Shown piece after piece: positions 11,401-19,963 of a DNA stretch of 64,000 bases (positions within the stretch are counted from its first letter, which is position 1; each line of letters starts with the position of its first letter). The stretch comes from an uncultured virus (IMG/VR IMGVR_UViG_3300006204_000270) (taxonomy: Duplodnaviria; Heunggongvirae; Uroviricota; Caudoviricetes): the IMG/VR virus record IMGVR_UViG_3300006204_000270. One strand, 5' to 3'. Both the position numbers and the translations under genes were made by a program. The notes under the pieces were generated by a model. That model was not told the DNA's origin. It searched no databases and saw only the letters and a program-made list of their open reading frames with translations.

Positions 11401-12382
11401 CTGTGGCCTCCTCCTGGTACTTGAGAAGTGGCCCAGCAAAGAACCCGTCTTCTGCGCTGATGATCGCGCCAATATCGTTGTCGTCGAGGCGGATAGTGAG
11501 GTGTTCCCGTGTCGGAAGGGGGTAAAAAATACTCTTTGTGGCCGGGATGGGTACCGGGCCGGGTGTGCTTACGTCGTCGTAAATCTCGTGAATGTAGTAG
11601 CCCCGTTCCTGCCCCTCGTCGTTGAAATTGAGTTGGGAGATTGCTCCGCAGTAGAATGCGCTCTTGCATCCGTCGAGCTGCTGGTGGCGGTGGATGTGGC
11701 CGAAGCAAACAAGGTCGAAGTCTGCCGCCGCCAGGGTGGCCGGGTGGACCACCGGTTCAAACCGGCTGAAAAATGCCGTCTGCCCGCTCTCCATGTTGGC
11801 CCCGGCGACTGTGAAGTGAGACACCAGTACCGCCGGGCTGTCGCCACCGCACTGCGCTTTGAGGCCGATGATCATATCCTCAATAGCCTTGGTGAACGCC
11901 TCGTTTTCTTCCTCTGCGGAAAGGCCGGGATGCTTCGCCCTGTAAAATCCTCGGTCAAATCCCGGCAGGCAGGCGATATTGATGTCCTCCCCGCCTGCGG
12001 TGGTGAGGGGCAGGACGCACGGTTCCAGGACGATCCGCACCCTTTCCTCGTCGTAGAACGCATTCTCCAGCGCCAGAAACTGCTGCTCACTGTCGTGGTT
12101 TGGGGTGCCCCGCATAACTACGACGGGGCAGATTCTTGACAACCGCCGCAGGAAGTTGACGGCCTCCCGCTGTTCCTTGAGGCCGCGGTCACTCCACACG
12201 CGGGCCTGGTGGAAGATGTCTCCTGCAATAACGGCAATATCCGGCTGCTGTTCCTTTGCCCCTGCCACCAGCGCATAGAGGCACTTGCAGATGTCAAGAT
12301 ACCGGGCGTTTTCCCCGTCCGCCTCCGGGCCGGAGTAACTGCCAATGTGGAGATCGCCGGTGTGCAATACTCGGATGCTCAT
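8489..12382 (-). CDS. Fused SbcD(Mre11)-SbcC(Rad50) nuclease/ATPase, about 1297 aa
   Basis: HTGDLH, AGD, GTPNHD, GHIH; Walker A GSNGVGKS; long coiled coil; SGGE signature; FIDEP; ITHD. Confidence 0.9.
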   Translation of the reverse strand: MSIRVLHTGDLHIGSYSGPEADGENARYLDICKCLYALVAGAKEQQPDIAVIAGDIFHQARVWSDRGLKEQREAVNFLRRLSRICPVVVMRGTPNHDSEQQFLALENAFYDEERVRIVLEPCVLPLTTAGGEDINIACLPGFDRGFYRAKHPGLSAEEENEAFTKAIEDMIIGLKAQCGGDSPAVLVSHFTVAGANMESGQTAFFSRFEPVVHPATLAAADFDLVCFGHIHRHQQLDGCKSAFYCGAISQLNFNDEGQERGYYIHEIYDDVSTPGPVPIPATKSIFYPLPTREHLTIRLDDNDIGAIISAEDGFFAGPLLKYQEEATGKIVRVLYDCTDEHNKAFNHAILENWLRDVAGAFWVQEITPQKITITVDRRSMDADSTPEEALTDYLTERGLEPKRIGQLVELARPIISEATERAAQERRTGAFVPVEIEVKNYRNYREERFSFDPIRFCTINGSNGVGKSSLFMDAMLDALFEEPREGELTGWICNDPEARSGAIKFTFKLGDQIYRVTRTRAKSGKATLNIAEQVDGDWVDRSKEKFRDTQQEIENIIGMDSLTLKACALIMQDQYGLFLQADKEARMNILGSILGLGVYKGMEELAAEKATDTNRVVRTLMDKAQTITTGLPDRVGLEAQIVCQEQYRQNCEMAAQTKATEVDDLKVALNTQLEVAGRVMRLNGKLTALTGQRAAKEAAKTSQVGIIMAAETILAAEVEIAAGVAELGRLLEREKELISSKAAYDELIVREEKLIESVAKAEKAVQAAKDKKAIIDKEIVPLQRSLAREAELAENHAAYTSVANRLSELEGLMAEYTAAKDRLAMAQTEIERLDRNYAAARAQVEQNIAAAERKVELLNDSGCPNIEKATCKFLADAISAQKALPNLLAQLGDVEAEYLDVRQAALDAICAAQTEYDGKKHLPGEIASLRASQCLLESSEREYLEIGAKRKELALMEERATELDKAVADAEAAAQKELIELTGIETQLPSVASAKKEYDHLQGEIATAKQWIEKEKQVSVAQERKAAAAQRILELDEEIEVIETEIAEARTELATEQGKTAGREELQAQVDAAEAEIKSLQEAARNAAMELGGLKAQVEQVGKKLAEAAELQKQVNAQSVKAAGYEELKKAFSQDGIPHNIIRSIIPVFEATATNILGQMSGGHMSVELVTEKVLKSNSKKEVTTLDIIINDSSTGRLPYMSRSGGERVKAALSVILALSEIKSSKAGVQLGFLFIDEPPFLDAPGVQAYCDALEAIQQRYSSLKVMAITHDPAMKSRFPQSITVYKDESGSYVRSD

Positions 12383-13419
12383 TACTGGACACCTCCCTGC
12401 TTCCGCTGGCAGCTCATACAGAGCGTCCGCCCGTACTGTTCCTGGCTGTATTTCACAACGCCGTTGCTGCATTTGGACCCGCACTCTGTACATACGGTCG
12501 GGTCAAAGTCCGGTGCAGCCTCCGCCGCATTTTGCTGCCTTTGCTGCATCTCACGAGGCGGCTCCTGGGGGGCTTGCAGGTACGCCCGGTTATCCGGCTG
12601 TGCAATCGGCTGTCCGGGCATCTCGTACTCCATGTCCTCTACATCGTCCTCGACGAAGATGGCCCGCCTGACCTCTGTGTTGCGCCCGCCATAAATCTCC
12701 TGGGCCGTTGCGAACATATGCCTTACGGCCTCCGCCTTTACGGTCTCGTTGTCAAGGTTAGGCACAAGGTAGGCCACAACAAACGGCTTTTTCAGTTCTT
12801 CCAGGGTATAGGTCCCCTTGATGTGCATGGCCGCCCGGAGCGCCCGGTTAACGGCTTTTGTCTCACACATCTCCGAGCGGAATTTGAGAAATTCCTTCCG
12901 CTGCGCTTCGCTCATACCGTCTGTAACATCCTGCACAATAATCTCTTTGTGGGCCACGATCTCGATGCTCTCCCCGGTAAGCTGAGGGACGGAGATACGG
13001 GCCTCAAATTTCACATCCCGGTTGCCGCAGGCTCCGCAGTTGACCGGGCGGCCAATGCTCCTGTTGACCTCTGCACACTTCTGACAGGTGGATGGGATAA
13101 TCGGTCGTGTACCCAAAATTTTAATGCCCGCCGCCCGCATAAGTTTGTTGAGGCCCTTTTTGGTGAGCGCGTAGCCCGCCGGGGTTGCGGGGTGCTGTTT
13201 CCCGCTCTTGTCCGTCCACGCACTCTTGGCTTTCTCCTGCTCGTAGATTTCCTTGTCCGCAAGATTGGTGGAAATCTGCACTGCGTTCATCACAGGCTTG
13301 TGGATTTCCGCGATCTCCGCAACGGTCTGCATGGGGACGAGGAGGTTAAACCGCTCCGCCGGATATTGCCGCGTGATTTGCAGGGCGTTTCCGCCTGTAG
13401 TCGCTAAACTGTTGTCCAT
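12382..13419 (-). CDS. Hypothetical recombination-associated protein with Cys pairs and C-terminal zinc ribbon
   Basis: CQKC, CGAC, CTEC, CMSC; TAATG coupling to the sbcDC fusion. Confidence 0.6.
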   Translation of the reverse strand: MDNSLATTGGNALQITRQYPAERFNLLVPMQTVAEIAEIHKPVMNAVQISTNLADKEIYEQEKAKSAWTDKSGKQHPATPAGYALTKKGLNKLMRAAGIKILGTRPIIPSTCQKCAEVNRSIGRPVNCGACGNRDVKFEARISVPQLTGESIEIVAHKEIIVQDVTDGMSEAQRKEFLKFRSEMCETKAVNRALRAAMHIKGTYTLEELKKPFVVAYLVPNLDNETVKAEAVRHMFATAQEIYGGRNTEVRRAIFVEDDVEDMEYEMPGQPIAQPDNRAYLQAPQEPPREMQQRQQNAAEAAPDFDPTVCTECGSKCSNGVVKYSQEQYGRTLCMSCQRKQGGVQ

Positions 13420-13486
13420 TTTTCAAAATCCTCCTATTGCATCTTCTGTTCTGGTGTGGTACAATAGGGGCTGCTTGGAGGTCGGT

Positions 13487-13774
13487 TCATGTCTTCGGAC
13501 ATGGGCCGTCCTTTTTTACCCCTTTTTTTCGCCGCCCTGGCAGGAACCTCTCCGGCGGACCGTGGGATGTCGCCGAAAACCTGCTTTCTGCAACAGCCTC
13601 CGCAACGAGTTGGGCCAGATACCACGGTTCTCGTCGTGCGCCGTTTTCATCACCATCCCGCTCAATGATGCGGGCGAGTTTTTGCTCTGCGCTGATCCTG
13701 GCGTTACCCAGCTCGAACGGGGTTATGGTCGCTCCAAGATACTGTTCCGCCTGCCGCTGTAGTGCGGCCTCCAT
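13487..13774 (-). CDS. Hypothetical phage protein
   Basis: MEAALQRQAEQYLG... after GAGG RBS. Confidence 0.55.
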   Translation of the reverse strand: MEAALQRQAEQYLGATITPFELGNARISAEQKLARIIERDGDENGARREPWYLAQLVAEAVAESRFSATSHGPPERFLPGRRKKGVKKDGPCPKT

Positions 13775-13886
13775 TATCATCACCTCTTTCGCTTGTGTTT
13801 CCGGTTTCCTGTTGCTGCCCGGATTTGCAGTCGCATTTCTCCCCAAAATCAAGGTGCGATCCGCAATCTGGGCAAACTCTGTACAT
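13704..13886 (-). CDS. Small zinc-ribbon protein
   Basis: MYRVCPDCGSHLDFGEKCDC. Confidence 0.5.
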   Translation of the reverse strand: MYRVCPDCGSHLDFGEKCDCKSGQQQETGNTSERGDDNGGRTTAAGGTVSWSDHNPVRAG

Positions 13887-14143
13887 CACCTGGGCCGTCC
13901 CTCCTTCTCGGTCGTTTTGCAAACTTCCGCATGGACCGCATAGAACGCCACGCAAAACACCAGTGCGATGACCAGCCATTCACCTCCGAACGCCATCCTG
14001 CCCCGTTCCGTGTATGCCTGCGGCAGCAGCTCTACTGCCACCATCGCTGCTGGGATCGCCGACAGCAGCAGCTTTGCCGCCAGTATCAGCCCCCAAATGA
14101 CGACTTTTTTCAGCAGTCTTTTTGCTTTTATAAACACCTTCAT
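13886..14143 (-). CDS. Hypothetical membrane protein
   Basis: Two hydrophobic segments. Confidence 0.6.
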   Translation of the reverse strand: MKVFIKAKRLLKKVVIWGLILAAKLLLSAIPAAMVAVELLPQAYTERGRMAFGGEWLVIALVFCVAFYAVHAEVCKTTEKEGRPR

Positions 14144-14322
14144 CGCCCCGTTTCCTCGTAATTGCCTGCGGCTGCAGCTAAAACAAACTGGCGCTGCGCT
14201 TGTGTCGCTATACGGCGGCAGATTCTCTCAACTTCACTGGCGGATTTCTTGCAGTAGTCATCGGCAATCTTTATCCGAGTGTTCCCGATTTGGAAATCGC
14301 TGACGACATTTCCCGCAGCCAT
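14140..14322 (-). CDS. Small hypothetical protein
   Basis: 60 aa with GGAGG RBS. Confidence 0.55.
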   Translation of the reverse strand: MAAGNVVSDFQIGNTRIKIADDYCKKSASEVERICRRIATQAQRQFVLAAAAGNYEETGR

Positions 14323-14338
14323 TCTGCACCTCCCGCCG

Positions 14339-14833
14339 TTACTCCCTCATTTCGCCCTTTTGGGCACGTTCCAGCAGTGCAAGCGCCTCGTCCATCCGCC
14401 GCCGGACTTCCAACAACTCGTCCCGAAGTTTGGGAAGCTGCTCCGCCTCCTGGCTGTCGATGATCCCGTCGTCCAGTATGTCGGAGAGGGTAGAGGCCAC
14501 AGCATTTACTCCCGATTTTGCATTTTGGAGCCGGATTAAAATGCGCTCTGGCGGCATTTCGGGTATTTCCCGGCAGTCCCTTCCGAGCGGGCATTCGTTG
14601 GCGCAGTACCATGAGCGCAACTCCGGCTCGTTATAGGCGTCTGCCATGAGCGCAACAACGATGTTGGGTGGCCTTGTGATGTCCAGTTCATACTTTTTGA
14701 GCATTTCTTCCGTCACTCCCGGCAGGAAGTCTGCCGCCCCCGCCCGTGTCGCAAGGCGCTCGTTGAACTTTGCGGCCCTCATTCGTGCCTCAAAATATCG
14801 GTTTCCACAGGCTTTTGTGGCTTGCCTTGCCAT
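14339..14833 (-). CDS. HTH/CII-like transcriptional regulator
   Basis: HTH-like N-terminus, YCANECPLG, DG.ID..E motif; follows cro. Confidence 0.6.
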   Translation of the reverse strand: MARQATKACGNRYFEARMRAAKFNERLATRAGAADFLPGVTEEMLKKYELDITRPPNIVVALMADAYNEPELRSWYCANECPLGRDCREIPEMPPERILIRLQNAKSGVNAVASTLSDILDDGIIDSQEAEQLPKLRDELLEVRRRMDEALALLERAQKGEMRE

Positions 14834-14957
14834 TTATTTTCACCCCCCTCTGCGGTAGAATTATTGCAGGTAAAGAAACTGCTACGCCTCGTTTGGGGAC
14901 ATTTTTAGGTTTTCTCTCGAAAAATGACGCTAAAAGAGGCGCAAACGAGCAAAAAAA

Positions 14958-15164
14958 TTATCTCCGCCTGATTTTGGTGTCGTCGAAAATGTCGTCGCCA
15001 TAATACCCAAGGGCCTGCTTGATCCGCAAAGCAACTTGCAAAGATGGCTGCTTGTCTCCGGTCTCGATTTGGGAGTAGTAGCTGCGGCTTATCCCAATCA
15101 AGGCGCTGAACGTCTCTTGCGTGAAGCCTTTCGCCTCCCGGAAGTGCTGTAACATCACCCTCAT
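14958..15164 (-). CDS. Cro-like XRE HTH regulator
   Basis: TQETFSALIGISRSYYSQIETG; divergent from the repressor. Confidence 0.85.
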   Translation of the reverse strand: MRVMLQHFREAKGFTQETFSALIGISRSYYSQIETGDKQPSLQVALRIKQALGYYGDDIFDDTKIRRR

Positions 15165-15186
15165 ACTCTCACTCCTTCCCGAAAAT

Positions 15187-15318
15187 GCCTCTATTTGGGG
15201 TGTCCGATTATATTATAGCCTCTATTTGGGGCATAGTCAACCATTTTACCAGTAAAAAATTCTTATTTGACGCTATTTGAGGCATAATATACCCCAAATG
15301 GGGCAACCCTGCTATAAT
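15187..15318. promoter_or_regulatory. Genetic switch: leftward TTGACT-17-TATAAT promoter (15212-15240), rightward extended -10 TGCTATAAT (15310-15318), 15-bp operators at 15187, 15218 and 15269
   Basis: Consensus sigmaA elements and repeated GCCTCTATTTGGGG(C/T) and GACGCTATTTGAGGC. Confidence 0.8.
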
Positions 15319-15339
15319 AATTTCTGGAGGTGCTTGTCT

Positions 15340-15945
15340 ATGCAAATGTTTTCCGTCCGCCTTGCTGCGCTCCGCAAAGAGTGTGGCCTTTCACAGGATG
15401 ATTTAGCAAAAATCATCAACAAAACCCGCTCCGCTGTCTCCGGCTATGAGATCGAGGACAAGGAGCCATCATTTGAACTGCTCTGCGCCCTTGCAAAGTA
15501 TTTTAACGTGTCCACAGACTATCTGCTGGGGCTCTCCGACGAGCGGAGGCACGTTGAGCAGGTCTTTTACAATGACCAGAGAAACTTCGAGGAGCATTTC
15601 AAGCGTATGCCGGCGGAAATGCGCCCCATCATCGCCCAGTGTTTTGACAGCTTCTATCTGCTGCTGGGGCGGGATATGCAGTTTTTCCGCCCGGAACGCC
15701 TGCGCGTCTACCAAGAGTTTTTCCGTGTACTGCAATCCTTGCGGGCAAATGTACGCAATACAGTGGACGCCTCTGGTGGGGCTATTACCGATGCCCTTGC
15801 CCTCTCTAACGTAATGTCGGCACAAAATCAGCTGAAAAATGAAATCTGCGTCCTGCTTGACAAGCTGATGCAGGCTGATATGGAGATCGCATTTTCCCTA
15901 AAACGAAAGACGGGGGGCAGTCTACCCGGCAAATCGGCGATGTGA
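15340..15945 (+). CDS. CI-like XRE repressor
   Basis: LSQDDLA...VSGYE...PS...LAKYFNVSTDYLLG; GGAGG RBS before ATG 15340. Confidence 0.85.
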   Translation: MQMFSVRLAALRKECGLSQDDLAKIINKTRSAVSGYEIEDKEPSFELLCALAKYFNVSTDYLLGLSDERRHVEQVFYNDQRNFEEHFKRMPAEMRPIIAQCFDSFYLLLGRDMQFFRPERLRVYQEFFRVLQSLRANVRNTVDASGGAITDALALSNVMSAQNQLKNEICVLLDKLMQADMEIAFSLKRKTGGSLPGKSAM

Positions 15946-15986
15946 TTTACGTGGATTTCTGCCCGTCACAGTAAGAGTGGAGGCGA

Positions 15987-17585
15987 ATGTTCATGCGCCC
16001 ATATTGCATCTACCTGCGGAAGTCCCGCGCCGACATGGAAGCCGAGGCCCACGGCGAAGGGGAGACACTGGCCCGCCACGAAAAACTCCTGCTCGAAGTT
16101 GCCGGGCGTGGTCAGTACAACGTCACACAGATTTACCGTGAAATCGTGTCCGGCGAAACGATTGCCGCCCGACCTGTCGTTCAGCAGCTCCTCCAGGAAG
16201 TTGAGGATGGCCTGTGGGCTGGTGTCCTTGTCGTGGAGGTGGAGCGCCTTGCCCGCGGTGACACCATAGACCAGGGTGTTATGGCGCAGGCCTTTAAGTA
16301 TTCCGGTACGAAAATCATTACGCCACTCAAGGTCTACGATCCTGCGGACGAATTTGACGAGGAGTATTTTGAGTTCGGCCTGTTCATGTCTCGCCGGGAG
16401 TATAAGACCATAAACCGCCGCTTGCAGCGCGGACGCCTTGCCTCGGCGAAGGAGGGGAAATGGGTGTCCGGCACTTCTCCCTATGGCTACGAGCGCGTGA
16501 GGGTGCCTCATGATAAGGGCTGGACCTTGCGCCCGGTGGAAGCCGAAGCCGATATTGTCCGCTTCATTTTCCGGCTTTACACCTCTGGCGAAGAGGATGG
16601 AGGCGGGGCCTTGAAACGGTTCGGGACCTATTCGCTGGCGCTGCGCCTTGATGCTATGGGCGTACCCCCTCCACGTGGCGCACACTGTTGGAGTAACGTT
16701 ACGATCCAGTCCATCCTCCAGAACCCCGCATATGCCGGAAAAATCCGTTGGAACGTTTGCAAAACAAAAAGGCGCATCATCAACAACACGGTCTGCGTGG
16801 AACGGTATATTGCACCGCCGGAGGAACAGGTTTTTGTGGATGGTCTGCACCCCCCCATAATTGACGAAGCAGTGTTTCTTGCCGCACAGGAAATCTTCGC
16901 ACAAAAAGGTCCGCCGCCGGTACCGGCAAGAAGTATTGTGAAAAACCCTTTGGCCGGATTGCTGGTTTGTGGTAAGTGTGGCCGCAGAATGGTGCTTCGT
17001 GCGAATGCCTATGGCGGAGAACTCGTTTGCCCAAACCGCGCCTGTGACAATGTCGGCTCCAGGTACAGAGTTGTGGAGGAGCGCCTGCTGCAGGCTCTCG
17101 ACCGATGGATCGGCGACTACCGCCTCGAATGGTCCGACCGCCTGCCGGAAGAGCAGCAGACCCTTATTGACCTCAAAGAAAAATCCGTCAGTAAGGTGCA
17201 ATCCGAAATAGAAACTCTGAAAAAGCAGCTTGCCCGCACCCACGATTTGCTGGAGCAGGGGGTCTATGACACCGAAATGTTCCTTGAGCGGTCCCGGTCC
17301 CTTTCGGCACGTATCAGCGCCGCACAGGAGACCGCAGAGGCCCTGGCTGTAGATTTGGCCGAGGAGAAGGTCCGCGCCGCCAGCAGGAAGAATATTGTCC
17401 CCAAAGTGGATAGGCTGCTCGATGTCTATGGCACCCTGCCCTCTGCACAGGCAAAAAACGAAATGCTCAAAGAGGTCATCGAACGAGCCGAGTACACACG
17501 TCTCTCCCGCGAACGAAAAAACGGGATGGCGGATAAATTCGAGCTGATTTTGTTTCCAAAACTCCCCCCGTCATTTGGAGAATAA
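15987..17585 (+). CDS. Large serine recombinase (integrase)
   Basis: YLRKS catalytic motif, ERLARG, PYGY recombinase domain, CGKCG/CPNRAC zinc ribbon, coiled coil. Confidence 0.95.
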   Translation: MFMRPYCIYLRKSRADMEAEAHGEGETLARHEKLLLEVAGRGQYNVTQIYREIVSGETIAARPVVQQLLQEVEDGLWAGVLVVEVERLARGDTIDQGVMAQAFKYSGTKIITPLKVYDPADEFDEEYFEFGLFMSRREYKTINRRLQRGRLASAKEGKWVSGTSPYGYERVRVPHDKGWTLRPVEAEADIVRFIFRLYTSGEEDGGGALKRFGTYSLALRLDAMGVPPPRGAHCWSNVTIQSILQNPAYAGKIRWNVCKTKRRIINNTVCVERYIAPPEEQVFVDGLHPPIIDEAVFLAAQEIFAQKGPPPVPARSIVKNPLAGLLVCGKCGRRMVLRANAYGGELVCPNRACDNVGSRYRVVEERLLQALDRWIGDYRLEWSDRLPEEQQTLIDLKEKSVSKVQSEIETLKKQLARTHDLLEQGVYDTEMFLERSRSLSARISAAQETAEALAVDLAEEKVRAASRKNIVPKVDRLLDVYGTLPSAQAKNEMLKEVIERAEYTRLSRERKNGMADKFELILFPKLPPSFGE

Positions 17586-17622
17586 GAGAGCCGCCCAGGT
17601 CGTTTTGGGCGGCTCTCTTTTT
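17584..17622 (+). terminator. Intrinsic terminator after the integrase
   Basis: AAGAGAGCCGCCCA-loop-TGGGCGGCTCTCTT followed by a T run. Confidence 0.85.
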
Positions 17623-17668
17623 GATAACCTTAGAGGGGTGACTTGTAACACCTCTAAGGTTATCAAAA
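17619..17668. other. Candidate attP site of the serine integrase
   Basis: 50 bp with perfect 18-bp inverted arms (TTTTGATAACCTTAGAGG) and a central TT at 17643-17644. Confidence 0.7.
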
Positions 17669-17673
17669 TGGAC

Positions 17674-17991
17674 TTAAACCATTTGCGCCCGGCTGTCCTG
17701 GGAGAACCGACCTGCACAAAAGCCCAAAACCTGGTATGCACTCGAAATCCGTCCGGCTGCCGCGTCAACGGCGAATCTGATTTCCGGGTCGGTGATGCTC
17801 TGCAACACACCGGCAAACTGCTTCTCCGCTTCCTCGACTTCCGGGATGTTTTTGAAGCGGTCCGCAAGCGCCTCTCCCCACTCACTCGTTGCCATGTTCC
17901 GCAGAAATTCGGTGTTCTGCTGCCAGAGTTGTTCCGGGGTGGGCGGGGGCGGCTGTGTGCGGCCGAACCATCGGGCGTGAAAGTTGTCCAT
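17674..17991 (-). CDS. Hypothetical protein
   Basis: 105 aa, GGAGG RBS. Confidence 0.55.
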   Translation of the reverse strand: MDNFHARWFGRTQPPPPTPEQLWQQNTEFLRNMATSEWGEALADRFKNIPEVEEAEKQFAGVLQSITDPEIRFAVDAAAGRISSAYQVLGFCAGRFSQDSRAQMV

Positions 17992-18002
17992 TTTGACACC
18001 TC

Positions 18003-18245
18003 CTATCTTCTTTTTCTGGTTGCCTTGGGTTTGCCCTCCTGGGCGGGTGCTGTCTCGATCTGGATGCTTTCGGAAATCCTCTTGAGCTGTTCCTCGTCTA
18101 TCCCGGCGACGGCCAGGATGTCGTCGGCGGAGAAGAAGTTGATCCCCTCGCTTAGTTTCTCCAGGACTGCCCTGCGGATGACCTCGTCTCGAACACGGTT
18201 ATTAACTCCCACGGAAATCGCCTCCTGTGACTTGACTTTCCGCAA
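18003..18245 (-). CDS. Hypothetical protein
   Basis: 80 aa ORF, start uncertain. Confidence 0.45.
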   Translation of the reverse strand: MRKVKSQEAISVGVNNRVRDEVIRRAVLEKLSEGINFFSADDILAVAGIDEEQLKRISESIQIETAPAQEGKPKATRKRR

Positions 18246-18332
18246 GGGTGTGATAGAATGGATTTATCAAGCCCTTGCGGTTTGGTGCAATAAGGCAATC
18301 GGGGTTTGCTTCCCACGGCTCTCCCGGTTGTC

Positions 18333-18515
18333 TTATTTTTTGTCCAGCTCCGCTTCGAGTAAATCAATCCCTGCGATGATAGCATCTGTTCTTGTGGCCT
18401 CCAGCCTATCGGCGCACCTTTGGATTTTTTGTGCCTCATGGTCAGAAAGGCGAATCGTAAGTTTCTGCTTTCTGGATTGTTCACCCTTCGGCGGACGACC
18501 TGTCCTTGGGGACAA
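18333..18515 (-). CDS. Ribbon-helix-helix/CopG-like DNA-binding protein
   Basis: SPRTGRPP...LTIRLS; TTG start after GGAGG. Confidence 0.7.
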   Translation of the reverse strand: MSPRTGRPPKGEQSRKQKLTIRLSDHEAQKIQRCADRLEATRTDAIIAGIDLLEAELDKK

Positions 18516-18530
18516 TCTGCTCACCTCCAT

Positions 18531-18570
18531 TTTTGGTCGTGCTTATATAATGACATATGCACGGCCAAAA
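18531..18570. promoter_or_regulatory. Inverted repeat over the RHH gene promoter (probable autoregulatory operator)
   Basis: TTTTGGTCGTGC ... GCACGGCCAAAA (1 mismatch), next to a minus-strand TTGACT. Confidence 0.55.
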
Positions 18571-18599
18571 GTCAAGTCCATTCCGCAAACTTTTTCTTT

Positions 18600-19030
18600 C
18601 CCCCTGCGCCCCCCTCCTTCCCCCCGTACCCCCTTTTCTTTCCCCCTTAACCCCCTATCTTTTCTATATATTCATATTCAATTTCAATTTCATTTTCAAT
18701 TTCAGAGTTTGCCGGGCATTTTGCCGCGGCAAACTTTTCGGCAAAAAGTCACAGGAGGCCGCAACAAAATTGAAATCACCAAAAGGGGGAAAATCCAAAT
18801 AAAGTTAGGTAACAAGCGGGTTTGCAGGAATATACAGGTAGTCTTTCGGCCCCTCTGTTTGGCCGTTTTGCGATTTTTGACTGCCAGCTGGCGGATGATT
18901 CTTGCTTGTGATTTATTGCATCAAAAACGCTCGTGTTTGCAGCAAAAATCACCACACTGTAACCGGCAAATGCTGAAACTTTGCTGGTTATTTTGCCGGT
19001 TATTTTGCCGCGGCAAAATAGGCGGCAAAG
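18600..19030. repeat. Iteron-like TTTGCCG/CGGCAAA repeats, palindromes and AT-rich tract (candidate replication origin)
   Basis: TTTGCCGCGGCAAA at 18720-18733; 20-bp palindrome at 19001-19020; 12-bp periodic repeats; 6-bp TTCAAT-type repeats. Confidence 0.5.
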
Positions 19031-19398
19031 TCATCGCAGCGGATTTTCTGCCTTCGGAGCCAGATGGATTTCAGCGCCAACTCAACGGCCTCGTTGTCTC
19101 CAGCGCCGACGACGTCAAGGGGGGTGTACCCCTCAAAAAATCTGCCATTGTAGAGGTTCCCGGCCAAGGCGACGAGGATACGCTCGCCGCTTGAGAGCGG
19201 CAGGGCCAGCATGGGGTCAAAGTTGAGCCAGCCGTAGTGGATGTGCTGCTCCACCCGCCCATAGACATCCGGGAGGCCGGTGAGTAGGAAGAGGCTGGCC
19301 CCAAAGTCCCCCTTCACCGCGCCATCGCCGTTGATCGCTCCGGCCGTATGGAGTGCGTCCCTAAACCGCTCGGCGTGTTCTTTGTCCTTGAAAATCAT
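19000..19398 (-). CDS. Hypothetical protein (DUF6075-like)
   Basis: MIFKDKEH...LSSGERILVALAGNLYNG. Confidence 0.55.
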   Translation of the reverse strand: MIFKDKEHAERFRDALHTAGAINGDGAVKGDFGASLFLLTGLPDVYGRVEQHIHYGWLNFDPMLALPLSSGERILVALAGNLYNGRFFEGYTPLDVVGAGDNEAVELALKSIWLRRQKIRCDDFAAYFAAAK

Positions 19399-19604
19399 TG
19401 TAATACCTCCATATAGTTACCAAACATCTGCTCCTGCCTCTGGATATAGGCCTGCTCCCCGAAGCTGTCGATTTGGTTTTTGTGGGTGGCAAGCACAGCC
19501 ACCCCTCCGTAGGCCTGTGTGATAAAGCCGTATTTTTCGGCCAACTCCATGACCTCTTTCCAATGGCTGTCCAGCTCTGCGAGCTTGTCCTTATTGACCG
19601 CCAT
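19395..19604 (-). CDS. Hypothetical protein
   Basis: MAVNKDKLAE...; ATGA overlap with the next gene. Confidence 0.55.
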   Translation of the reverse strand: MAVNKDKLAELDSHWKEVMELAEKYGFITQAYGGVAVLATHKNQIDSFGEQAYIQRQEQMFGNYMEVLQ

Positions 19605-19950
19605 GCCGTTCTCCCTCCGCAAGCCCTTTCATCAGCCGTAAGACGGTGTCTGCCTTGCGGAACGCTTCCACCAATTTGCCCTTCGTGATGTCCGCGCTGT
19701 CTGCCGTGGCGTACCCTGCGTAGGCCACCTGGGGGACCCCCTGCGGGGTGTAGAAGAAGCACATATCCAGCGTGTCGCAGTACATATAGCTGTTCTTGAA
19801 AACCATGGGAGAGGTCCCCTTAAAGCGCATGGCGATGCGCTCTGCCCATGTCTCCGCCTGCCGTTTGTTTGCTATCCAGCGGACATGAGCGGTCAGCCCC
19901 GCTTCGTGGCAGGCCGCAGTGATGAGTTTTTCCTGCTGTTCGGGTGTCAT
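19591..19950 (-). CDS. Hypothetical protein
   Basis: MTPEQQEKLI... after AAGGAG RBS. Confidence 0.55.
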   Translation of the reverse strand: MTPEQQEKLITAACHEAGLTAHVRWIANKRQAETWAERIAMRFKGTSPMVFKNSYMYCDTLDMCFFYTPQGVPQVAYAGYATADSADITKGKLVEAFRKADTVLRLMKGLAEGERHGGQ

Positions 19951-19963
19951 GTTCTTCTCCTTC

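Noticed and set aside
15187..15305. Short repeats as a CRISPR array
   Set aside because: The 15-bp degenerate repeats are irregularly spaced and overlap promoters, and no cas genes are present, so they are better explained as operators
17575..19194. 539-aa plus-strand ORF
   Set aside because: Antisense to several plausible genes and runs across a terminator, attP and repeats; no recognisable motifs
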